Source: Bacteroidia bacterium (GTDB lineage Bacteria > Bacteroidota > Bacteroidia > UKL13-3). From it: 64,000 bases of DNA. Shown piece by piece: positions 20,299 to 28,624 of the stretch. The notes below the pieces were generated by a model. It searched no databases and had not been told where the DNA came from. It saw nothing but the letters and a program-made list of their open reading frames with translations. The DNA lies in assembly GCA_044370475.1 (NCBI GenBank), contig JBILVK010000005.1:1147-65146 (forward strand), written 5' to 3'. How positions within the stretch are numbered: position 1 is the stretch's first letter; every line of letters begins with the position of its first letter. The translations under genes were made by a program, and so were the position numbers.

Positions 20299-21015
20299 AT
20301 GAATAAAGTAGTGAGTTTAATTGTGCTTGCATTTGCACTGAGTTTTGCAGCATGTAACCAAGCACCAGCGGGCAAGGGAGGTAAAGTTTCTCCCGATGAA
20401 TTTGAGCAATTGGTAGCCAAAACACCAGGCGCACAAATTGTGGATGTGCGCACACCCGGTGAGTTTGCAAGCGGACATGTGGCAAATGCCATAAACATAG
20501 ACGTAAACGGTTCTGATTTTGAACAACGCATACAAGAGCTCGATAAAACGAAACCTGTTTTTGTGTATTGCAAATCGGGTGGCAGAAGTGCCGGAGCAGT
20601 TTCCACCATGCGCAGCAATGGCTTTGATACTATATACGAAATGCCCGGAATGATGTCGTGGAACAATGCTGGCAAACCTGTAGTAACGGGCGATGCAGCG
20701 CCAGTAAAAGCTGCGGGCCTGACTATGGAAGATTATCAAAAAGCAGTTACCAGCGACAAATTTGTGTTGGTAGATTTTAATGCGGTTTGGTGCAAACCTT
20801 GTAAAGTATTATCGCCTATTTTAGATAAAATTGGTTCAGACAAAAAAGACAAATTAATTATTCTAAAGATAGATGCAGACGAGAATGAGGCATTGGTTCA
20901 GCAAAAAGGAATTGATGGCATACCTTACATGGAACTATACAAAGACGGCAAAATGGTATGGTCGCACAAGGGCATGATAAGCGAAACAGAATTGTTAAAA
21001 GAAACTGGTTTGTAA
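20299..21015 (+). CDS. rhodanese-thioredoxin fusion lipoprotein
   Basis: Lipobox LSFAAC. Rhodanese loop CKSGGRS. Thioredoxin WCKPCK active site. 238 aa. Confidence 0.85.
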   Translation: MNKVVSLIVLAFALSFAACNQAPAGKGGKVSPDEFEQLVAKTPGAQIVDVRTPGEFASGHVANAINIDVNGSDFEQRIQELDKTKPVFVYCKSGGRSAGAVSTMRSNGFDTIYEMPGMMSWNNAGKPVVTGDAAPVKAAGLTMEDYQKAVTSDKFVLVDFNAVWCKPCKVLSPILDKIGSDKKDKLIILKIDADENEALVQQKGIDGIPYMELYKDGKMVWSHKGMISETELLKETGL

Positions 21016-21134
21016 GTTTTGAAATTGAATTTTAAATAAAATCCCGCAAGTGTAATATTAAACACCTGCGGGATTTTTTGTTTTATAACACCTGAGGCTT
21101 ATTTATTCCTTCACAATTTTGCCACTGTGAAATT
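20985..21134 (+). repeat. ~150-bp direct repeat, copy A (gene 3' end plus terminator plus TTCACA-N10-TGTGAA palindrome)
   Basis: Near-identical to 23140-23291, apart from the hairpin loop and a few substitutions. Confidence 0.85.
21038..21080 (+). terminator. rho-independent terminator of the rhodanese-thioredoxin gene
   Basis: AAAATCCCGCA..TGCGGGATTTTTT hairpin about 25 nt after the stop. Confidence 0.65.
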
Positions 21135-21310
21135 GGTTGTTTGGTTTTTTTTACTTGCATCCTTTTAAAATTAAATATGATAACTAATTTGGCTTGCCCT
21201 GCGAAATAAAAGCACCCCTTTTGGCAAAATTCTAAGCGCCATTTTTGCGAACATATATAAGGAGAATAATTAGATAAAGTGTAATTTAACCGACTGAAAA
21301 AAATTTGTAG

Positions 21311-21750
21311 ATGGATTTAAAAGAATTGAAACCTAGAAAAGCCCTGAACAAAGCCTTTTTAAAGGTAAAGCCGAATAGACCTGAAATTGAAGGTTTCAAA
21401 ACTAATCTCGTAAAACAATTCAAGGACTTTGAGGATGGCCGTTTGGCAGAAATCAAAACAGATTTTTTCTACAAACAAATTGCGGAGCCATATATCGATA
21501 GCATTACATCTGATATTGAATTTACTTACTTTAACATTCAGGACTTTCAAAAACCATTTCGAAATGCCGATAAAGTAGACGATAATTGGCTAATTGCCTT
21601 ATTCAAACTATTGTCGCCAGAACATCTTTTAAAACTCCCATTCAACAATGATAGCAACAGCCTTGATAAACGCTTTTACAAATAGAAAAAATGGTTTACC
21701 AACTTTACGAGTTGACAGAGGAGGAAATAAAAATTATTGAAGAAAAATAA
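21311..21750 (+). pseudogene. remnant of a large type IIG/Eco57I-like restriction-modification enzyme gene (N-terminal piece plus detached C-terminal tail)
   Basis: The N-terminus KALNKAFLKVKPNRPEIEGFKTNL resembles the N-termini of about 1000-aa fused RM enzymes. A separate 19-codon ORF at 21691-21750 reads MVYQLYELTEEEIKIIEEK, the typical C-terminal tail of that family. The methylase core between them is missing. Confidence 0.4.
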
Positions 21751-21758
21751 CAGCAACC

Positions 21759-22592
21759 ATGAGCGGTATAAAAATCTTTGAGAATAAAAAGGTGCGTAGC
21801 CTATACGATGCCGATAAAGAAATTTGGTATTTCAGCATAGTAGATATTGTTGGCATTTTAACTGAGCAGCCCACGGTGGAAAGAGCAAGAAACTATTGGA
21901 AAATGCTGAAAAGTAGGCTCATAAAAGAAGGAAATGAAACGGTTACAAATTGTAACCAGTTGAAACTGGAAGCCGAAGATGGCAAACTTCGACTCACGGA
22001 TGTGGGCAATGTTGAAGATGTTTTTCGCCTTATTCAATCCATCCCTTCCCCTAAAGCAGAACCCTTTAAGCAATGGCTTGCTAAAGTAGGTTACGAAAGG
22101 TTGCAAGAAATAAACGATTCCAGCCAAAGCATAGACAGAGCCAGAGAAAACTGGCAAAAATTGGGCAGAAGCGAAAAATGGATTCAGCAACGAATGACAG
22201 GGCAAGAGACCCGAAACAAGCTAACTGACTATTGGCAAGAAAGTGGCGTAAAAAAAGGAGATGAGTTTGCGGCATTAACGAATATCATTCATCTAGAATA
22301 GACAGGATTGACCGTCAAGAACCATAAGGAGTTAAAGGGTTTAAAATCTCAAAACCTTAGAGACCATATGAGTGAAGCGGAATTGATATTTACTGCATTG
22401 GCAGAACTTTCTACAAGACAAATAGCAGAAACAACAAAGGCAAAAGGATTAAAAGAAAATGCTGAAGCCAGCAAAAAAGGTGGTGCAGTAGCCAAAAATG
22501 CAAGAAAAGAATTAGAAGCAAAAACGGGTAAAAATGTGGTAACTGGAGAGAACTTTTTACGACCTGCTAAGGATAAAAAGAAATTGAAATAG
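21759..22592 (+). pseudogene. Bro-N / DinD-family gene interrupted by an in-frame TAG
   Basis: ORFs 21759..22301 and 22308..22592 share one frame and are separated only by TAG (22299-22301) plus 2 codons. Bro-N-type N-terminus (KEIWYFSIVDIVGIL, SPKAEPFKQWLAKVGYERLQE). DinD-like C-terminus (LKGLKSQNLRDHMSEAELIFTALAELSTRQ). Confidence 0.7.
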
Positions 22593-22597
22593 CATAA

Positions 22598-23026
22598 AAG
22601 AAAGCCTACGAACTACAAATAAATAATTTCTTTTCAAGCTCCCAAGGTGCAATTTGTAATGCCGACCAAGAGAAATGGTATATCTCAATTGTAGATGTAA
22701 TTGAAATACTCACGGAAACAGACCTTCCAAGAAAATACTGGAGCGACCTGAAAGCCAAGCTGAAAAGGGAAGGCAGTGAAGTGTCCGAAAAAATCGGACA
22801 GTTGAAAATGATTGCAGAAGATGGTAAAATGCGGGACACCGATGTAGCCGATACCGAGCAGCTATTCCGTTTAATTCAATCTATTCCATCACCCAAAGCA
22901 GAGCCATTTAAACTTTGGTTAGCACAAGTAGCTTCAGAAAGATTAGAGGAAATGCAGGATCCCGAGTTGAGTATAGACAGGGCATTGGAGCAATACCTTA
23001 AATTGGGATATTCTGAAAATTGGTAA
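22598..23026 (+). pseudogene. second Bro-N / DinD-family copy, lacking a start codon and internally deleted
   Basis: The frame is open from 22598 (..CNADQEKWYISIVDVIEILTE..SPKAEPFKLWLAQVASERLEE) with no ATG before 22781. It stops after ..YSENW. The following out-of-frame segment (about 23030-23110) still resembles the family's C-terminal tail. Confidence 0.6.
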
Positions 23027-23139
23027 AAAAGTAGTTACTGCCCTTAATGCAAAAGATACGTTGAAAGAGATAAATCAGCCCCGAAAACTCAATGATAAAA
23101 AGAAAAAATAAAAGCTACCAAATTCAACAGTAAACACAA

Positions 23140-23291
23140 AGCAGAATAGCTAAAAGAAACTGGGTTGTAAATTTTGAAATTGACTTTTAAATAAAATCCC
23201 GCAAGTATTTCATTATAACACTTGCGGGATTTTTTGTTTTATAACATCTGCGGTTTATTTATTCCTTCACAATTTTGCCACTGTGAAATTG
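23140..23291 (+). repeat. ~150-bp direct repeat, copy B
   Basis: Contains aaagaaactgggttgtaa (copy A has aaagaaactggtttgtaa, the last codons KETGL-stop of 20299..21015). Also carries the same hairpin arms AAAATCCCGCAAG / CTTGCGGGATTTT and the same ttattccttcacaattttgccactgtgaaattg. Confidence 0.85.
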
Positions 23292-23328
23292 CCCATTGCT
23301 TCATTTTGTTACTGAAATACAATTTTAT

Positions 23329-23523
23329 TTAAGCAACTACCTTCTTACTTTTAGCTTTCATTTGAGGTCGTTTAGCAGGCGTTGACAATAATTTTTTTCG
23401 TCCAGTTGCTTTGTAATATGCAATAATTTCACTTATTTTTTTTCTGTCTTCAATCGTTAATGGCGTTGAGTCAACTACGAAGTCAATTCCTGCTGGTTCT
23501 TTGATGTATCCCATGTTAATCAT
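23329..23523 (-). CDS. small basic-tailed hypothetical protein, partner of the GNAT-like gene
   Basis: 64 aa. Starts 2 nt after the upstream stop. Lys-rich C-terminus KRPQMKAKSKKVVA. Confidence 0.5.
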   Translation of the reverse strand: MINMGYIKEPAGIDFVVDSTPLTIEDRKKISEIIAYYKATGRKKLLSTPAKRPQMKAKSKKVVA

Positions 23524-23525
23524 TT

Positions 23526-24053
23526 TTAAATTGGAAAATATTTTCTAATAAGTTTTAAGGCTTCTTTGGGGAATATTACCATTTTTTGTCCACCAATATG
23601 AGTAGCTCCTAATGTTTTTTCATAATGTTCTACCAACTTTGTCTTGGAGGTGAAAGAGATGAAACCTTGATAACCTTGATCCCAAGAAGTCTTACAAGTA
23701 AATGCAAATAAATTGCCAGGAACACCTTCATAAAGTTTGTTTTTTCCTAAGTTGAAAGGAGAACTTTCAATAAGGTGCAAGTAAATGTGATCGTTCAAGT
23801 CGCTAATACTTAAAAGCCCTTGAATGATTTCAGGATTATTGCGGATTGTTAACTTGAAAACACGTCGGTCAGCAAGTTTACTTTCACTTGCCCAATTAAA
23901 AAGCCAACCTTTCTTCTTGGTGATGTTTTTTAAATCAACTTTAGATATTGGGTGAACATCTGTTGGGAAACTATCACCCGAAATGGTATTTACAATACTA
24001 TTTGTTAGTTTGTCAATTTCAACTCCTAAATAATATTTTGTTTGTTTTGCCAC
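23526..24053 (-). CDS. GNAT-fold-like protein (putative acetyltransferase)
   Basis: 175 aa. The C-terminal half HLIESSPFNLGKNKLYEGVPGNLFAFTCKTSWDQGYQGFISFTSKTKLVEHYEKTLGA has the beta-strand, G-rich loop and helix layout of GNAT acetyl-CoA sites. I recall similar Bacteroidota proteins being annotated this way. Confidence 0.5.
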   Translation of the reverse strand: MAKQTKYYLGVEIDKLTNSIVNTISGDSFPTDVHPISKVDLKNITKKKGWLFNWASESKLADRRVFKLTIRNNPEIIQGLLSISDLNDHIYLHLIESSPFNLGKNKLYEGVPGNLFAFTCKTSWDQGYQGFISFTSKTKLVEHYEKTLGATHIGGQKMVIFPKEALKLIRKYFPI

Positions 24054-24149
24054 TGCTCAAATATACAAATTATTGTCCTTAATTATGCCAGGAAATCTTA
24101 TTTTGCTTTCAGGGATTTATGCCTATTAAGTATCGGAAATAAAGACTGT

Positions 24150-24173
24150 CTATTCCGTTTAATTCAATCCATT
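24150..24173 (+). other. 24-nt orphan fragment of a Bro-N gene (codes LFRLIQSI)
   Basis: ctattccgtttaattcaatccatt matches 22862-22885 at 23 of 24 positions. It lies in intergenic DNA. Confidence 0.6.
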
Positions 24174-24179
24174 AATATT

Positions 24180-24189
24180 GGTTCAGACC
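24180..24189 (+). repeat. over-represented word GGTTCAGACC (exact, extended form)
   Basis: Context attGGTTCAGACCgaaaaa, intergenic, immediately after the orphan Bro-N fragment. Confidence 0.95.
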
Positions 24190-24274
24190 GAAAAATTAAA
24201 TTTGGGTTTAGCGACTCATAACCCTTTTTAAAAAAAGGTGCAAACCTTTGGTACTTCTGTTCAAATTAGAATAG

Positions 24275-24306
24275 TTTGCGCAAACCAGAGATATGCGGTA
24301 CTTTTG
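24275..24306 (+). promoter_or_regulatory. candidate Bacteroidota sigma-A promoter for prfC
   Basis: TTTG (24275-24278), 20-nt spacer, TACTTTTG (24299-24306), matching TTTG-N19-21-TAnnTTTG. Confidence 0.4.
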
Positions 24307-24346
24307 CGGCCCCGATAATTGATATTGGGGCCTTTTTATTGCATAC

Positions 24347-25957
24347 ATGAGTCTCAAAAAAGAAATAGATAAGCGGAAAACCTTTGCCATCATCTCCCAT
24401 CCAGATGCGGGTAAAACAACTTTAACAGAGAAATTTCTCTTATTTGGCGGGGCCATTCAGGTAGCGGGTGCCGTTAAAAGCAACAAGATAAAAAAGACTT
24501 CAACCTCAGATTTCATGGAGATTGAAAAGCAACGTGGTATTTCTGTTGCTACCTCGGTAATGGCTTTTGATTACAAAGACAAGCGGGTTAATATTTTAGA
24601 TACTCCTGGTCACAAAGACTTTGCCGAAGACACCTACCGTACCCTTACCGCAGTAGATTCTGTAATTTTAGTGGTGGATTCTGTAAAAGGGGTGGAGGAG
24701 CAAACCAAGCGCCTGGTGCAGGTTTGCCGCATGAGAAATACGCCCATTATTATTTTTATAAATAAAATGGACCGTGAGGGAAAAGATCCTTTTGATTTGA
24801 TTGAGGAAATTGATGCTACTTTACATATCCAAACCAGACCTTTAACTTGGCCAATTAACCAAGGTTCATTGTTTAAGGGGGTTTATAATTTGTTCCGCAA
24901 TAGCCTTAATTTATTTGAATCCAACAAAACCCAATTGGCAGATGAGGTAATCAATATCCCCGATTTGATGGGTACCGAAATCTCCAATTATTTAAGCGAA
25001 AAAGACACCAAAAAACTACGCGATGACGTGGAATTAATCAATGGTGTTTTTGAACCTTTTGATGTAGAATTATACCAATCTGGATTGTTGGCGCCTGTGT
25101 TCTTTGGATCGGCCATTAATAATTTTGGTATACAAGAATTGCTGGAAACTTTCTTGGAGATAGCTCCTAGTCCGCGTAACCGCGAGGCTGCCGAGCGCAT
25201 GGTGGCTGCCGAGGAGCCGAAGCTTAGCGGCTTTGTGTTTAAAATACATGCCAACCTCGATCCAAATCACCGCGATAGAATTGCCTTTATGCGCATTTGC
25301 TCTGGCAAGTTTGAACGCAATACTTTTTACTACCATACCCGTACGGGCAAGAAGTTGAAATTTGCCAATCCCGCCACCTTTATGGCCAATGAAAAAATAT
25401 TGGCAAGTGAAGCATATCCTGGCGATGTTATTGGTTTGTACGACAGTGGTAATTTTAAAATTGGTGATACGTTAACGGAAGGTGAAAACCTCCATTTTAA
25501 AGGCATACCGAGCTTTTCGCCCGAGATTTTTAAGGAGCTAGAAAACCGCGATCCCATGAAGACCAAACAATTGGAAAAAGGTATCTCACAATTAAGCGAA
25601 GAGGGTGTGGCGCAATTGTTTATTCAGGAGCCTGGTAATAGGAAGATTATTGGTACGGTGGGCGACCTTCAATTTGAGGTAATACAGTTTAGGCTAGAGC
25701 ATGAATATGGCGCGAAATGTGCGTTTATTCCGCTTAAATTTTATAAGGCATTCTGGATTACCAGCACCAATAAATTGATGCTGGAAACCTTTATGCAAAG
25801 AAAGTCGTACGCCATTGCGCGCGACAAAGAAGGCAATCCTGTCTTCCTTGCCGAGAGCGAATGGAATGTTACTTTATCTAAAACAGATTACCCAGATATT
25901 GTGTTCCACACCATTTCTGAATTTGATGCGGTGGCCAATGAATCTGCTGTAAGCTAA
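24347..25957 (+). CDS. prfC: peptide chain release factor 3
   Basis: [36 protein letters not shown] and NKMDR GTPase motifs. 536 aa. RF3-typical N-terminus. Confidence 0.95.
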   Translation: MSLKKEIDKRKTFAIISHPDAGKTTLTEKFLLFGGAIQVAGAVKSNKIKKTSTSDFMEIEKQRGISVATSVMAFDYKDKRVNILDTPGHKDFAEDTYRTLTAVDSVILVVDSVKGVEEQTKRLVQVCRMRNTPIIIFINKMDREGKDPFDLIEEIDATLHIQTRPLTWPINQGSLFKGVYNLFRNSLNLFESNKTQLADEVINIPDLMGTEISNYLSEKDTKKLRDDVELINGVFEPFDVELYQSGLLAPVFFGSAINNFGIQELLETFLEIAPSPRNREAAERMVAAEEPKLSGFVFKIHANLDPNHRDRIAFMRICSGKFERNTFYYHTRTGKKLKFANPATFMANEKILASEAYPGDVIGLYDSGNFKIGDTLTEGENLHFKGIPSFSPEIFKELENRDPMKTKQLEKGISQLSEEGVAQLFIQEPGNRKIIGTVGDLQFEVIQFRLEHEYGAKCAFIPLKFYKAFWITSTNKLMLETFMQRKSYAIARDKEGNPVFLAESEWNVTLSKTDYPDIVFHTISEFDAVANESAVS

Positions 25958-25958
25958 A

Positions 25959-26585
25959 TTATTTCTTCATCCAACCTTCTGCGAAGGCCTTCATTTTCTC
26001 AAAATTATCGCGCAATTGGCTATTCATAGCTTCCATGTTTTCCATGGTAGTTGCCTGAATGGTTTTATATTGCTGGTTAAGCTCTACAAGCTTTTCTCCA
26101 ATTTCTTTTTGCTTCTCTGCAAATTCATCCTTGGCATCCATTTTTGCCAAAGAGAATTGTAGTTTTATAATCTCTAAACCTGTTTTAAATGCGTCTGCAT
26201 TTTGATCGAACAAGGTGATGCTTTTAGCATAAGATTCATTAAAATTGGTTTTGCCTGCAACGTATAATTCGTGCATGGCCAATTCTATTTTCTTCTTTTG
26301 TTCTTCAAACGCATCCATGCCATCTGCCTTGCCAAGTGCCAATTGCAAGCGCAATTCTTCAATTTTCACTTTCATTTCGGCAAGTTTATCTTCTGCCACA
26401 TCTGTTGCCTTGTCTAGGTTTTCTTTTAGCGTTACCAAAGAATTGCGGTACTGCTCTTTTTGTTTTTCGAATGCATCTCCAGCATCCATTTTACCTAAAG
26501 AGAATTGCATTTGCATTTCTTCCATGCGCTTTTGCCAATCGGAAACAAATTGTTTCATTTGGTCGGTCATTTTGTTTGTGTCCAT
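25959..26585 (-). CDS. coiled-coil protein with three internal repeats
   Basis: 208 aa, rich in K/E/Q/M. Repeated motif FSLGKMDAGDAFEKQKEQ / LALGKADGMDAFEEQKKK / FSLAKMDAKDEFAEKQKE. Confidence 0.6.
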   Translation of the reverse strand: MDTNKMTDQMKQFVSDWQKRMEEMQMQFSLGKMDAGDAFEKQKEQYRNSLVTLKENLDKATDVAEDKLAEMKVKIEELRLQLALGKADGMDAFEEQKKKIELAMHELYVAGKTNFNESYAKSITLFDQNADAFKTGLEIIKLQFSLAKMDAKDEFAEKQKEIGEKLVELNQQYKTIQATTMENMEAMNSQLRDNFEKMKAFAEGWMKK

Positions 26586-26596
26586 AATTTTTATTG

Positions 26597-28255
26597 TTAG
26601 TATTTGCCTTTTCTATAAATTGAGAATAACATCATAAAGCCAAAGATTCCAGAAACGATAATTCCAATTAAGCCAATGATAGGAATACCGTTCCACAAGG
26701 GAGGTATATGCGACAAGACCACTAGGCTCGAACCTAAGATCATGGCTGCAAGAATAATGGCTGCCGACAATCTATTGGCCACCACATCAAGGGTATGTAC
26801 GAGTTGGTTCAGACCGAGAAATTCTAGCTTTACTTTGCCCTCTTTTAAGCGGTTAATAATGCTGCGAACATCTCTTGGTAAAACCCTTACAAAATCCCAA
26901 ATTTCTACTACTTCGTGAAGCGCTGTTTTCAATAAATTCTTGGGCTCTAATCCTTCTTCAAATAAGCGCATAGAATGTTTCCTTATTCTTTCCAAAGTAT
27001 TAAATGATGGGTCTAATTGCCTGCTTATTCCATCGAGTATGACAAGGGTTCTGAGGAGCAAGAAAAAATCGTTGCTAAAGCTTAATTTGTGCTTGTAGAT
27101 AATCTTTTGGAGGCGGTCTACAATTTCGCTCATATTGCGCTCATCGATGGTTTCTGGCGGAAATTCTTCTATGAGTATGCTGATATCGTACTCTAATTCT
27201 TCTTTGCCCGTAACGCGTTTGCCTTTGGTTAGTGCCTCTATGGCATCTGTGAGGTTGCGCAAGTCGCCTTTGGCAATAGCAATGATAAAGTCTTTGAAGG
27301 CCTCTTTATCTTTTCTATTCATGGTGCCTACCATGCCAAAATCGATGAGGCAAATTCTGCCATCTTTTAGCACCATTACATTGCCAGGATGTGGGTCTGC
27401 ATGGAAAAAACCGTAGCGGAATATTTGCTGGAAGTAGATGAATAAGCCCATTTCTGCTAGGTTGTGCAGGTTAACATGTTGGGCTTGCAGCTCGGCAATT
27501 TTGTCTACCTTGATGCCTTCCATAAACTCCATGCAAATTACCCTTCTGGTGCTGTATTTGCTGTATACTTCTGGCACATAAACGCTGGGTTCGTTTTTAA
27601 ACAAGTGCTTAAAGTGGTTGATATTGTAGGCTTCTAGCAAAAAATTAAGCTCTCTGCCCATGCTTTTTGTGAGCGATTTTACCAGTTCAATGGGCTCATA
27701 TCGGGCAAATTGTGGGAAGTTGTTTTCAGCAATTTCTGCAAGCTCACCCAATATTTTTAGGTCCTCTTCAATGATTTCCTCCATATCTGGGCGTTGCACT
27801 TTTACCACCACCACCTCGCCTGTATGCAATATTGCTTTATGCACTTGGGCAATGCTTGCACTGGCAATGGGTTGTTCTGAAAAGGAGTGAAAAACTTCCT
27901 CTAATGTGCCATTTAAATCTTTCTCGATAATGGACCTTACATCTTCAAAAGCAAAACAAGGAACAGCATCTTGCAGTTTCTTGAGTTCTGCAATGAGCTC
28001 TGCAGGCAGAATATCGGGCCTATTAGCTAAAATCTGACCAAATTTGATGTAGGTTGGGCCCAATTCCTCAATGGCCATTCTGATTCGCTCAAAACGCGTG
28101 TGGGTAATGGTAAGGATTTTTCCTTTTACCTGACGGTGAAATCGAACTTTGGGAAGAAACTTTTGCAGACTAGAATGGGCCAATAAATCATCGAGTCCAT
28201 GACGCATTAAAACCTGCAAAACTTGCTTATAGCGTTTGAGGTGTTTAAATGTCAT
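26597..28255 (-). CDS. ABC1/UbiB-family atypical kinase with C-terminal TM helices
   Basis: ASASIAQVHKA, HADPHPGN and IDFGMVG motifs. 552 aa. Two C-terminal hydrophobic helices. Confidence 0.9.
   Translation of the reverse strand: MTFKHLKRYKQVLQVLMRHGLDDLLAHSSLQKFLPKVRFHRQVKGKILTITHTRFERIRMAIEELGPTYIKFGQILANRPDILPAELIAELKKLQDAVPCFAFEDVRSIIEKDLNGTLEEVFHSFSEQPIASASIAQVHKAILHTGEVVVVKVQRPDMEEIIEEDLKILGELAEIAENNFPQFARYEPIELVKSLTKSMGRELNFLLEAYNINHFKHLFKNEPSVYVPEVYSKYSTRRVICMEFMEGIKVDKIAELQAQHVNLHNLAEMGLFIYFQQIFRYGFFHADPHPGNVMVLKDGRICLIDFGMVGTMNRKDKEAFKDFIIAIAKGDLRNLTDAIEALTKGKRVTGKEELEYDISILIEEFPPETIDERNMSEIVDRLQKIIYKHKLSFSNDFFLLLRTLVILDGISRQLDPSFNTLERIRKHSMRLFEEGLEPKNLLKTALHEVVEIWDFVRVLPRDVRSIINRLKEGKVKLEFLGLNQLVHTLDVVANRLSAAIILAAMILGSSLVVLSHIPPLWNGIPIIGLIGIIVSGIFGFMMLFSIYRKGKY
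26806..26815 (+). repeat. over-represented word GGTTCAGACC (exact)
   Basis: Context gttGGTTCAGACCgaga. Decoded as G-L-N-Q in the ABC1 kinase gene on the opposite strand. Confidence 0.95.
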
Positions 28256-28553
28256 GACCCATTTCCTTTAAAATCATTTCTAGTTTCTCGACCCGTTTTT
28301 GAAGCAGGAAAAACTCTTTTTTGCTAGGCGTATCTATTTCATTTAAGACTTCGTGAAAATAACGCATAGCATCATCCTTTAAATGGGAACCCTCACTTTT
28401 TACACCCTGAATTATTTCACCCACAATGCGTTTACCTTCTTCCTCACTTAACTGCCCTTCCATCTCCATTTTCTCAAGCAAAAGCTGCGCTTTCCTGGAA
28501 GTAGATGCTAGTCCAACACCCATATATAACAAGCTTTTTAAGCGATCGTCCAT
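28245..28553 (-). CDS. phasin-like small helical protein
   Basis: 102 aa. GVGLASTSRKAQLLLEKMEMEGQLSEEEGKRIV resembles the COG3937 phasin-like family. Overlaps the kinase start by 11 nt. Confidence 0.55.
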   Translation of the reverse strand: MDDRLKSLLYMGVGLASTSRKAQLLLEKMEMEGQLSEEEGKRIVGEIIQGVKSEGSHLKDDAMRYFHEVLNEIDTPSKKEFFLLQKRVEKLEMILKEMGHDI

Positions 28554-28624
28554 AGCGTTAGAATTAAAAAGTAAAGGTAACTAAAATAAAAGGAATTAAC
28601 TATGATATTCCTCAGGTTGCTTAC

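Noticed and set aside
20247-20739. Two minus-strand ORFs (142 and 140 aa)
   Set aside because: Both are antisense to the rhodanese-thioredoxin gene, which has clear catalytic motifs. Neither has any motif.
24208-24456. 82-aa minus-strand ORF
   Set aside because: It spans the prfC promoter and start region antisense to prfC, and has no supporting features.
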